64,000 nucleotides of DNA from Ascoidea asiatica JCM 7603 (Eukaryota; Fungi; Ascomycota): NCBI GenBank assembly GCA_001600695.1, contig BCKQ01000005.1, forward strand, positions 1,119,939 to 1,183,938, given 5' to 3'. The translations under genes were made by a program, and so were the position numbers. Below, one piece after another: positions 21,085-31,726 of this stretch. Within the stretch, counting starts at the first letter, position 1; every line of letters starts with the position of its first letter. The notes beneath the pieces were generated by a model. That model searched no databases. It saw only the letters and a program-made list of their open reading frames with translations, and was not told the origin of the DNA.

Positions 21085-22752
21085 ATGCAATTATATGATG
21101 ATATACCAAGTCTTCAAGTTAACTCTGGTTTAACAAAACAACAAAAAATTGAAAAAGAATATGGTAAATTAGAAAGTGAAGAATTTTTATATACTTCTCA
21201 ATTTAAAGGTAATTGTAAAATTGATAAATTTCTTGAAAATCCTCCAATTGAAGAACCACCTTATCTTACTACTTTTTTAACTTATTTAAATTATTTAATT
21301 TTAATTATTGTTGGACATTTTAAAGATTTTTGGGGTATATTATTAACTCCAAAAGATTTCAATGATATTAAAGAAAAAAATGGTTATGCTCCATATTATT
21401 CAAGATTTGAAAGTTTTTATGTTAGAAGATTAAAAACTAAAATTGATGATGGTTTTGCAAGACCAACTATTGGTGTACCTGGTAGATTTATAACTTGTTT
21501 TGATAGATTTAGTGATAATTATAATAAAACCTTTAAATATACTGGTGAAACTACAACCTGTTTAAATTTATCTTCTTATAATTATCTTGGATTTGCTCAA
21601 TCTGAAGGTCATTGTACTGATTATGCTTTGGAAACTTTAAAAAAATATGGTACAGGTTCTGGTGGTTCAAGAAATTCAATTGGAACAACTGATTTACATA
21701 TAGAAGCTGAAAATGTTGTTGCAAAATTCTTAGGTAAAGAAGCAAGTATAATATTTTCAATGGGTTATGGTACAAATGCAAATTTATTTACTTCTTTAGT
21801 TGATTCAAATTGTTTAGTTATTTCTGATGAATTAAATCACGCTTCAATTAGAACTGGTGTTAGATTATCTGGTGCAATTGTTAAAACTTTTAAACATAAT
21901 GATATGGATAATTTAGAAAAATTAATTATTGAACAAATTACTCAAGGTCAACCAAAATTTCATAAACCGTGGAATAAAATTTTAATTTGTGTTGAAGGTT
22001 TATATTCAATGGAAGGTACTATGTGTAATTTACCAAAACTTATTGAATTAAAAAAAAAATATAAATGTTATTTATTTGTTGATGAAGCTCATTCAATTGG
22101 TGCTATGGGTCCAAGAGGTAGAGGTGTTTGTGATTATTTTAATATAAATCCAAATGATGTTGATATTTTAATGGGTACTTTAACCAAATCTTTTGGTGCA
22201 ACTGGTGGTTATGTTGCTGCTGATAGAAATATTATTGATAGATTAAGATTAGATATTATAACTTGTAATTATGCCGAATCTATAACACCTCCTGTTTTAG
22301 CTCAAATTATAGCTTCTTTAAAAACAATTTCTGGTGAAATTCATCCTGGTGAAGGAGACGAAAGATTAAAAAGAATTGCATTTAATTCAAGATATTTAAG
22401 ATTCGGTTTAAGAAAATTAGGTTTTATCGTTTATGGTATGGATGATTCCCCTGTTATTCCTGTACTATTATATATTCCAAATAAAATGCCTGCAATTACC
22501 AGAGCTTTATATAATAGAGGTATTGCTGTTGTTATTGTTGGTTATCCTGCAACTCCAATTATTTCTTCTAGAATCAGATTTTGTGTTTCAAGTGCTTTAA
22601 CAAAAAGTGATTTAGATAGAATTTTAAAAGAAATGGATTTTTTTGGTGATAAATTTCATTTAAAATATATCAAAGGTGCTCATAATGATGAACCTTTTTC
22701 TGACAAACCAAATGCAACTTTGAAAATGTTCGACAAACCAACTTATCTTTAA
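21085..22752 (+). CDS. LCB2: Serine palmitoyltransferase subunit Lcb2
   Basis: NLSSYNYLGFA, SDELNHASI, DEAHSIG and the PLP-lysine motif GTLTKSFGATGGY. Confidence 0.97.
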   Translation: MQLYDDIPSLQVNSGLTKQQKIEKEYGKLESEEFLYTSQFKGNCKIDKFLENPPIEEPPYLTTFLTYLNYLILIIVGHFKDFWGILLTPKDFNDIKEKNGYAPYYSRFESFYVRRLKTKIDDGFARPTIGVPGRFITCFDRFSDNYNKTFKYTGETTTCLNLSSYNYLGFAQSEGHCTDYALETLKKYGTGSGGSRNSIGTTDLHIEAENVVAKFLGKEASIIFSMGYGTNANLFTSLVDSNCLVISDELNHASIRTGVRLSGAIVKTFKHNDMDNLEKLIIEQITQGQPKFHKPWNKILICVEGLYSMEGTMCNLPKLIELKKKYKCYLFVDEAHSIGAMGPRGRGVCDYFNINPNDVDILMGTLTKSFGATGGYVAADRNIIDRLRLDIITCNYAESITPPVLAQIIASLKTISGEIHPGEGDERLKRIAFNSRYLRFGLRKLGFIVYGMDDSPVIPVLLYIPNKMPAITRALYNRGIAVVIVGYPATPIISSRIRFCVSSALTKSDLDRILKEMDFFGDKFHLKYIKGAHNDEPFSDKPNATLKMFDKPTYL

Positions 22753-24252
22753 TTTGTAAATTAATTTTTTCTACATTTTATATCTTTCTTTAAAGAATTT
22801 ACCTCATTTAATTACTAATAATATTTTATTTAATTCATAATATAAAACATAATCATTCAAATTTACGTAATTCTTACTCAATCTTGAAGAATTTTAAGTA
22901 ATTTAAAATTATAGATAATCAGCCAAACATTTTCAATTTTCCCTTAGTTTTATCAAGTTTATCGATTCTAAAAAAAATTTATGGGCTCTTTCTTAATGAG
23001 TAGATAACCATCAATCTGTCCTTTCTATTTTACTTTAGTTTCTGTTGACTTTCTGGACGCTTTTTTAATATTGCAAGTATATTTTCTCTGTTGAAATAAC
23101 TAAAAATATCAGTTTACATTAATCGATGACTGAAAACAACCAATTCTTCTAGATTGATAGTTGTTCCAAGCAAACCTACAGAACCTTCTTTCAACCTGAA
23201 GGTTAATCTTGAATCCAAATTAGGTTATTCCTATATCTTTCTAGAAAAAAGAATTACTTGTTCTGTCAATTTTTTTTTCAGCTAACACTTATTTACTATA
23301 AGTTTATATTGAAATGAATATTTAAATGAAGTTTTTAATAATAAAGGTTTAATATTTGATAGTAAATTTCAATTGATAGTTTAAAATTGATATAATTATT
23401 AAAATAACATTATAATTAAATATTTTTTTTGATTATCTTTTTCTTCATAGCTATTATTTTTTTTCAAAAAAACTAGGAAGTAAGTAGCTTACTTTTAAAA
23501 TCTCATTATATTATTTTAATTATTTTTTGTACCAATATAAAATCCAAGCAATATCTGAAGTTCCAACTAAATCTAAAATATAGATTAGGGAAAGTATTGC
23601 TATTAGTTTTTTGAACTTTATGCAAATAAGAAAGAGGAATCTGAAGTACGATAAATTGATTTATAAACGTTAATATTAAAACTCAAGGGTAAAACTTTTT
23701 CTTGATCCTTAGAAACTTTTTTTATAAACTTTTTTTTCGGTTTTGCCAAAATGCTCACAATTCTAAGATTTAATATTCAAGTAATAATAAAATTTGGAGG
23801 TTTAGATAAAAAACAGAAGATCAATTTGATTGTGTTCTTTTAAAAGAAAGAAAAGAGCCTCTTTGACGATGCTTCAATTTGACAATTTTTCAATGAAATG
23901 TCTACATAACGAAAAATTTCAAATATCATTTATTGAAGGGATAAGCTTTATTTAATTAAAAGAGTATTTCTTTCAAAATATACAAAGAAAATTTATGTTT
24001 CTGGATGAATAACATGTAGAAAAAGGAAATGCTATTTAGACTATCTACTTAAACTATATATTCCCATTTAAATCTTGCTTGAAAACATTTAAAAAAAAAA
24101 AAAAAAACAATAACTTTCACTTTATTTAGATCGGAGGATAGATTTTTTTTTTCAGTATACAGTTGTAGGCCTATTGTTACAAAAATAATAGAATTGGAGA
24201 AAATTTTCATTTTGAAAAAGATAAACAATTTAACATTCTTTCATACTCAAGC

Positions 24253-26331
24253 TTAGTTCAATATACTTACATCAAAGGTAGTAATTTCATCATCAGACTT
24301 AAAATCATCATAAGTCATAGTAGAACTTTTAGGAATTTCTGTTTGATCTTCAAATTTAAATTTCAAATTATTAAAGATTTTTGATTTATTGACTTCTGAA
24401 GATTTAAATTGTCCAAATGGGCCTTTTCCCTTTTTATTTATGTACCATTTGGCAAGTTTAACAGAATTTTCAGTTAGTGGGAGATCATTTATTAAATTTT
24501 TATAGTGAAATGCAATATCACAAAAACTTTTCATTGACAAATTATGAATTTGTAGTATGATATTTTCTTCTTTTTGAGATTCACTATGTTCACCGAGTTT
24601 TATGACTGATGTTGTTGAAACTAATTTTTCCAATAAATTAAATATCTCAATAATTGTGGAAAATATAACATTGGAGCTTAAATTAGGTGATTCTACTATT
24701 GAATATATTGCTAAAGAAGATATAGCAATGATGGAATTTCCTAAATTTGAGCTATTTTCTCGAAGAATTGCATGACTTTCTCTTGCTGTGGTTGGAATTA
24801 ATAACAACCCCAATAATTTATTTTTATTTACAGCATAATGATAATTATTTTTAATAAATAATGGGATAGATGAATGTAACTTGGAAAATAAAATTTCCAT
24901 TTGCGAAACAACTAATTGAGATTGTTTAGCAGAAGGGTCTTCTAATAGACTATACAAATATGATGATCCAGAAGATTTGGGCTGGAAAGAGAGTAAGTTA
25001 ATTTTGTGATTATCCTTAGAATTTAAATCTTTTATTGCTTCACTATCTTGAGTAAGTTCTCTTTTTAAAAAGTGATTATTTCCAAATAAATTAGAAGCTT
25101 CTATATCTTCTTTTGGTTTTTTAGCTTTTGGAGGAGCTAACACCTTAGCTTTAGGAATAATAGATTTATTTATATTAAGAATTGAGGTATTAATGAGCTT
25201 GGAACAAATTTCAAAAATTATAGTCCAAGAAAAGTTTTCTGATCCATTTATTGTAGTTTTTGCTTTATAAAGCTTATCTCTAAATTGTTTAGAATTTGAA
25301 GAAAGATAAGCTAATTCCTGGAACGCTGTCATCTTTATTAGTTCATCTTCTGATTTTAAGCCTGAAATTAAGGAATCTATTTGATTTTTTGAAACTAGAG
25401 TCAAAGGCTGATTGAAATGTAAACAACCAATTTTGAAATAAGCATTGAATGAGTGATTGATAGACTCTAAAAAGATAAGATAGAAGTAAGAAATAAAAAA
25501 CATTAAAGTAAACTGTTTGAAGGAAAATGAGCTTTGAGGAATAGATTTACTTATATCCATGAATAACGAAAAAGTCCAAAATACAAAAAAATTATAGGCA
25601 ATTCTTTTAAAAAATAGGAAATATAGTAAAGAAAAAGATAATGAGATGAATAAAGTCAAAAAAAATAAATTTTTGAAATGAATTTCTAGAGGTAAGTTAA
25701 TTTTTGGTGATTTATGATAAATGCCAAACTTTAAAGTACTTAATCTACTCATTGTAAATAAATGATATCTCAAAGAAATAACAAATGCAAAATATATAGT
25801 GAAGCACACAATATAAACAAAAGTATCATTGACAGGAGGATATTCATGTTTTCTAGCTACAGATAATTTTGAAATTTGGGTACATAGAGGTACTGCTATG
25901 ATATTCATTGAGATCAAATAAAAAAAATTGAAAGTCTTAAGCATTGAGTAAAAATTATTTTTCTTTATAGTTAGATCAACAAATTGAAAAAACAAAGTTG
26001 TGCTATAAGTTGAAGGAGTTATAATTTTTGAGCTTCTCTTGAAGGCAATGAATATCAAAGAATTGAAAAAATTTATAAATAAAGTTATCAATCCATAAAT
26101 TGAAGCTTTCCTGAAAGAAAATGATATGAACAACAAATAATTTGACGCTGCAGTAAATACTAGTGATAATAAAAAGACATACTTCCATAAAAAATTCACT
26201 CTAGATTTTGAAACTTCTTTGAAGATAGATTCATATTCCTTTTTAGCAATAGCAGGTGAACTCTTACCAGAAGGGATAACTGGAACTGGTGGAGAAGGGT
26301 TAAGCTTGTTGGAAACATATATTCTTGCCAT
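24253..26331 (-). CDS. NDC1: Transmembrane nucleoporin / SPB insertion factor Ndc1
   Basis: About six hydrophobic N-terminal segments followed by IGCLH...SLISGL...TAFQELAYLS. Start moved from TTG (26361) to ATG (26331). Confidence 0.85.
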   Translation of the reverse strand: MARIYVSNKLNPSPPVPVIPSGKSSPAIAKKEYESIFKEVSKSRVNFLWKYVFLLSLVFTAASNYLLFISFSFRKASIYGLITLFINFFNSLIFIAFKRSSKIITPSTYSTTLFFQFVDLTIKKNNFYSMLKTFNFFYLISMNIIAVPLCTQISKLSVARKHEYPPVNDTFVYIVCFTIYFAFVISLRYHLFTMSRLSTLKFGIYHKSPKINLPLEIHFKNLFFLTLFISLSFSLLYFLFFKRIAYNFFVFWTFSLFMDISKSIPQSSFSFKQFTLMFFISYFYLIFLESINHSFNAYFKIGCLHFNQPLTLVSKNQIDSLISGLKSEDELIKMTAFQELAYLSSNSKQFRDKLYKAKTTINGSENFSWTIIFEICSKLINTSILNINKSIIPKAKVLAPPKAKKPKEDIEASNLFGNNHFLKRELTQDSEAIKDLNSKDNHKINLLSFQPKSSGSSYLYSLLEDPSAKQSQLVVSQMEILFSKLHSSIPLFIKNNYHYAVNKNKLLGLLLIPTTARESHAILRENSSNLGNSIIAISSLAIYSIVESPNLSSNVIFSTIIEIFNLLEKLVSTTSVIKLGEHSESQKEENIILQIHNLSMKSFCDIAFHYKNLINDLPLTENSVKLAKWYINKKGKGPFGQFKSSEVNKSKIFNNLKFKFEDQTEIPKSSTMTYDDFKSDDEITTFDVSILN

Positions 26332-27037
26332 AGTTATTTTAATTGATAATGATTTTTGCAATTATTTTGCTTAAATGTTTCCAACGTATAAATTATCATT
26401 AAACTTATTTCAGAAACTTTTTATAAAACAATTTTCAAATCTTGAAAAGCTGTTTATATTTCATTTTTTCAATAATCAGATCCAGAATCCTTGATGCGGT
26501 TCAAAAACGTTAATAAACTTCCACACCACGGTTTTTACGGATTCTGGTTAAAAAAATAAATTTTACTTGAGTAAGGACTTTAATTCTACGCTCGCTACAG
26601 TATTTGAAAAGTTACTTTATCATGTATTTATTAATTCTATTATTTCAGTAAGAAAAGAAATATTTGAATGTCATCGACCTTAAAACCTTCAATTGACTAC
26701 AAAAACAGGTTTTTTTTTAACCTGCATTGAATTGGTTTTTTAATTGCGTTAAACTTTCAAAAAATCAATAATATCCCAAAGCTCAAAAAAAAGTAAAGTG
26801 TTTCTAAATTAATCTTCGAATATCTGACCATAAAGTTTTTGAATAAATCTAAGCTTAAATAGAGGAAAATAAAAGCACCATTTATTATGGATTTTATCTT
26901 TTAAGATAAGAATATAAAATTATCGAGCATATAATTGTATTATGGTCCTAGGAAAAATTTTAACTCTCATATGGGAATATACTTGAGACTTGATTGAACT
27001 TTTGACTATTGTACATATTATAACATAGTTTGAAAAC

Positions 27038-30000
27038 TTATTCAGAATCAAATTCGAATTCATACTCCGAATCCTCATTTGAAGATACTTTTTCTGAGCT
27101 GATATTCTCATCTGATTCACTAGGATCTTCTTCATCTGACACGTTAAGCTTTTTATCATTTTCTTTTTGGGAAAAGATATTACTTTCATCCCTATCAACA
27201 GTTATAATTTCAGACTCTTCAGTATTATTTTCGGGAAAAACAGAATTCTTTATTATACTTTTACTATCATTATTTCCTGTCAAGTTTGAAAGTGCGGGAT
27301 CAATTATATAGTCATCTTTATCGGATTCATAAAAACCAGTAACTTTATTTCCCCTTTCATCTTGAAAGCTTTTAGTAAGATCCGTAGCAGTTTTTTCATT
27401 CTCACTATTTTCCAAAAATTCGTTGGACTCCTTACTTTCGGAAACCTTGAAATTTTTATCATCTTTATCGTCTTTATCATCTTTATCATCTTTATCATTA
27501 CTCTCTTCGACTTCTTCAGTATCCTCGCTTTTTTCATTTTCAGAATAACCATGATTATCCCAATTTTTAACATTTGAAAAAATTTGAGAGTTTTTGATAA
27601 ACTTATCATTTTTAAATGTGTCTTCTATAGATTGTTCTAACTCTCGGGTTTGAGTGTTTGAACTTATTTGATCAAAATCTTCATTTAATGAGTTTTCAAG
27701 TATATTTGAAGGCAAAAATCCACCATCAATTGAATCTGAATCATCTTCCAATTTTGAATCATTTACCCAACGCTTATTTGCATCTTGTGCAAAAAAACCA
27801 CCTTCAAAAAAATCATCGTCTTCATCATTAATTTCAGAGTCTTTTGTCTCAAAGTTTTCATCATCATCCAAAACATCAGAGTTATAAGAATTATCAACTT
27901 GTTTTTTTTTTCTTTTCAGTTCATAATCTTCTTTAGATTCTTTAATTTTTCCATGTTGAACATTTAATTTATTTCTTATAGCTAAAGTTTTAATCAACAT
28001 TTTCCAGCAACTTAAAGCTTTAATTTCCAAATTATGGGCTTTTTGTTCCAGATCTTGTGTTTCAAGATAATCACAAACCAATTCTACAGCTTCTTGACAT
28101 TCTTTTGCAACTACAACACCTTCAATTCTAGCATGTGCCAATCTTCTTTTGAAATCAAAACCAACTACAGCATTAGCATAATCAATTTCAATCAATTGCG
28201 CTGCTTTAGGGGAATATTTATTTGATATTAATACCCCACCATCTGGTATCATAGTTGGTACAAAAACTTCTATTTTTCCATATTTACTTTTTGGAACAAC
28301 ACCATTAATGACAGGAGGTGGCTTATACAATAAAGTTTGATGTTTTGCAAAAAGTTTTATATCAGTTTCTTGAATAAAAGTTTTATTAGAAGAAGAATTG
28401 AATTTCTCATTTTTACCTATCGGTTTTCTTTTGAGAAGATTCGCTTTTCTAACTCTCAAATGCTTTTGATTTCTTTTTACAATTCTACCAAGCATAAACC
28501 AAGCTCTTGCGGATTTTAGAGTGGTAACATTTGAACGAGGAAAGATTTCAACAACTTTTTTTTGCCTTTTTAATCTTAAATAACCACAAGCCTTTCTTGG
28601 ATATAAAACTTCATTAAATTTCAAATGCATTTCAAGAGCGTAGATCGGATGATTTTTAAAATCTGTTAAATTATTTGGTATACCTTCTCTTTTATCAAAT
28701 TTCTGAAATTCAATTTCTTCTTCAATATCTGAATGATTTTTTTTCTTTCTTTTATTATTTGATAATAATATTAATAAATTTTGATACCAAGAATTCCATT
28801 TAACTTCTCTTGTTATTCTTTTTTTTCTAGTTTTACATATAAATTTAGAAGAATATCTTCTTGTAACATCTCTAATGCCACCATCTCTATCATAAGCAAT
28901 TACATAATTTAAATTATTTCTGTTATCATTTAACGGAGGTTCAAGTTTTGATTTGGAATTTACTTTTTCGATGATTTTAAATTGTACTGGATCTATAGTT
29001 ATCCAACATCTTGAATATGGGTCATAAACTTCAACCCAAAATACAGGATAAATAGACAAATTTGTAGACAATGGCTTATATAAATTATTTGAATTATTTA
29101 CATTATTTTTAGTATTATAAATTTTATTAGACTTGATTGAACTGAGTTTATTTCGAATCGAAGAAGTTTTACGTCTTTTTGATCTTGAACTTGATCGATG
29201 ATTTGAGAACTTATTTTTTTTTTTCCTTTTTCTAGAAGGAGATAAATTGTCATCATTTTCATTATATTCATCATGTTCATTAGTTTTAATGTCATCATTA
29301 TCACCATCATTCATAATTGAAGTGTTTGTGAAATCTGGAGGTTGTAAAGAAAAAATTAATCTTGAATTTAAATCAGCTGCTCTTAATATAGTTACAAAGC
29401 CTTGAGCAGAGATATCTCTTGAACCATTATGATTTTTTAAATTCACAAAAAATTTTTTAAAATTTATTTTATCATTCTTACTATCACTAAAATTATAAAT
29501 TGAATTATTTAAATTTAATTCATTCCAATTTTTTTTAAATAAAGAATTCTGATTAGAAATTTTGAATAAATTTGACCAAAATATCATTAAATGTTTCAAA
29601 CCATCTAAGAATTTTCTTGATTTTAAACTTGTGATATTACTAGATTGTGTAATATTATTAATTTTAGAATTATCATTTTTTTCTTGGATTATTATGGGAT
29701 GTAATTCTTTTAAAATTTTTTTTGGTAAATAATTTGCCATTAAAAAATTTTGTAAATTTAAATCATTACACCAATTATTTCTAAATTTTCCAAAAATTAT
29801 CATAAAAAAAATATAAAGTATATGAATTGATTTTCTTTGTTTTCTTTCTTCTTTTGAAATTATATTTTTTCTTTTTTTCTTAGTTTTATTTGATGAGTTA
29901 TCTCCATTTGATTTATGTATATTAATAGTGATTATATCATTTAAATCTTTTGAATCTTTTTCTTTCTTTTCATCTTTCTCTTTTTCGGCTTTTATCAAAT

Positions 30001-30340
30001 CTATCAAAGTCGAAGAAGATGAAGAAGGATCAACATTGATTTGCGATTCTGGATTGATATTGATGTCTTCAAATTCATCATCGTCATCATCATCGTCGTC
30101 GCCACCATCTTCATATTCATCTTCAAAATCGTCATTATTATTTCCATCATCGTCAACAACGTTGAAGTGGTTCACATTCTTTTTAGTTTTCCTGCTACTA
30201 TTGTTATCATCATCCTCATCATATTCATCAGATGATTCAAAATCAAAATCATCTTCACTTAATTCAAAACTTTTCAATTTTTCTTCATTTAAATTATTAC
30301 CATTAGAAGAAAGATCATTAAAAGTTGTAGTTAATTCCAT
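27038..30340 (-). CDS. RAD4: Nucleotide excision repair damage sensor Rad4/XPC
   Basis: GSRDISAQGF, RLIFSLQPPDFT, PVFWVEVYD..WITIDP, RDVTRRY, FKNHPIYALE, VPKSKYGKIEVF, AVVGFDF. Start moved from TTG (30370) to ATG (30340). Confidence 0.92.
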   Translation of the reverse strand: MELTTTFNDLSSNGNNLNEEKLKSFELSEDDFDFESSDEYDEDDDNNSSRKTKKNVNHFNVVDDDGNNNDDFEDEYEDGGDDDDDDDDEFEDININPESQINVDPSSSSSTLIDLIKAEKEKDEKKEKDSKDLNDIITINIHKSNGDNSSNKTKKKRKNIISKEERKQRKSIHILYIFFMIIFGKFRNNWCNDLNLQNFLMANYLPKKILKELHPIIIQEKNDNSKINNITQSSNITSLKSRKFLDGLKHLMIFWSNLFKISNQNSLFKKNWNELNLNNSIYNFSDSKNDKINFKKFFVNLKNHNGSRDISAQGFVTILRAADLNSRLIFSLQPPDFTNTSIMNDGDNDDIKTNEHDEYNENDDNLSPSRKRKKKNKFSNHRSSSRSKRRKTSSIRNKLSSIKSNKIYNTKNNVNNSNNLYKPLSTNLSIYPVFWVEVYDPYSRCWITIDPVQFKIIEKVNSKSKLEPPLNDNRNNLNYVIAYDRDGGIRDVTRRYSSKFICKTRKKRITREVKWNSWYQNLLILLSNNKRKKKNHSDIEEEIEFQKFDKREGIPNNLTDFKNHPIYALEMHLKFNEVLYPRKACGYLRLKRQKKVVEIFPRSNVTTLKSARAWFMLGRIVKRNQKHLRVRKANLLKRKPIGKNEKFNSSSNKTFIQETDIKLFAKHQTLLYKPPPVINGVVPKSKYGKIEVFVPTMIPDGGVLISNKYSPKAAQLIEIDYANAVVGFDFKRRLAHARIEGVVVAKECQEAVELVCDYLETQDLEQKAHNLEIKALSCWKMLIKTLAIRNKLNVQHGKIKESKEDYELKRKKKQVDNSYNSDVLDDDENFETKDSEINDEDDDFFEGGFFAQDANKRWVNDSKLEDDSDSIDGGFLPSNILENSLNEDFDQISSNTQTRELEQSIEDTFKNDKFIKNSQIFSNVKNWDNHGYSENEKSEDTEEVEESNDKDDKDDKDDKDDKNFKVSESKESNEFLENSENEKTATDLTKSFQDERGNKVTGFYESDKDDYIIDPALSNLTGNNDSKSIIKNSVFPENNTEESEIITVDRDESNIFSQKENDKKLNVSDEEDPSESDENISSEKVSSNEDSEYEFEFDSE

Positions 30341-30784
30341 TGCAAGTAAAATATTAAAGCTAAAATACAATCATAATGAAATATCAATGGTTCTTCTGGT
30401 AAAAGTAATTTGGAGACTTACTCGGGTATATAAAGGAAGAGCAAGTAAATAATAGTTAGTTAAAGAAGGTGCTTTTGCTGATCGAGAATATAGTAAATCA
30501 AATCAAAAGGCTCTCCAGTTAACTCATCTTCTCTTACCAAAAAAAAGAGCAATACTCACTCATCAAATTTAAGCAGAGACCGAAAACGATTACTAATCGG
30601 CCGGATCTCAATTCAGAATCTTTCTGAACATGAATTCCGAGAAATTTTCATAAATGACTTCCGGCTTATTTGTGAGTCTTCGTGGCTGATGAGAAATATA
30701 AAAAATAAGCTCCTTGCAATTCCATGTACTGGTAAGTCCTTCTGCGTTTTTATGCTTTTGCATCACTGCGCTAGTGCTCTGCTG

Positions 30785-30816
30785 CCCACGTTTTTGTGCT
30801 GGATCAAACACGTGGG
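30785..30816. promoter_or_regulatory. Paired Pho4-type E-boxes (CACGTT and CACGTGGG) in the RAD4/VIP1 divergent promoter
   Basis: CACGTT at 30787-30792 and CACGTG at 30809-30814 followed by GG. Confidence 0.45.
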
Positions 30817-31726
30817 AGAGGGCTCTCCTGTGCTGGCTCTCTTTGCTCTTATCTTTTCTTCTGTCTTGTCTTTTGTCTGTGTACATAGAAGATTAAAGTA
30901 GGGCTCTGCTGCTGGTTGTGCTTTTTTTCATGACATTTCGTGTTGTGCTTCTTCGTAGAACTCGAATCAAAAAGTCGATAAATATTTGATTTCATTCTTT
31001 TATTTTTATTTTTATCTATTTCCAGATTCAATTTTATTTCAATTTCTCTGTTCACTTTTTATTTGCTAAAAAACATTCAAGACATATTCAAGACAAATTC
31101 AAGACATATTCAAAAGCGCAGATTTGGATTTACGAAATAATTAGCCTAAGCTTAGATCAGAAACCTCACTTTTCCTCTTTCCAAACGCTGGATATCTCGA
31201 GTAATTGCAATTTTTCATAAAATATACAGATATAATAATAATAAAAATAAAATAATAATAATATAATTTTATTACATTTTCACCTACCTCCTCTGTCAAA
31301 ATTGTCCATTTTTTACATAATTTATATCCAAACAAGTACTATTTCATATTAATTCACATATCTAGCTATATTATCAACCAGCTTATTTACTTTCAACCAG
31401 CTTAATATCTTTAGAATACGTCAGTTTTACTATTTAATTAATATTTTTTCAGTATTTAATTAATATTTTTATTTTAAATAATATCTCCAAAAAAGAATCA
31501 TTGTCATACTTTTTAATCTCCGTAACTTTTTTTCGTTTCATTTATTTACTTCATTTTTAAAAGTTTGTCTTAACTTTTATCCTTTTAAATTGAGATTGTT
31601 AACTTATATTCGCTTATTCTTAAATAAAATCTTTCGATTCAAATTGTATTTAAATCTTATTTATATTCAATCATTTACTTATTTCAATTCCTATTTATTC
31701 TTTCTTAAATTTTTTTTCTTTTCACA

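Noticed and set aside
23122-23200. Possible C/D box snoRNA (CGATGA...CTGA)
   Set aside because: The C box is non-canonical, there is no terminal stem, and I could not identify a convincing rRNA-complementary guide.
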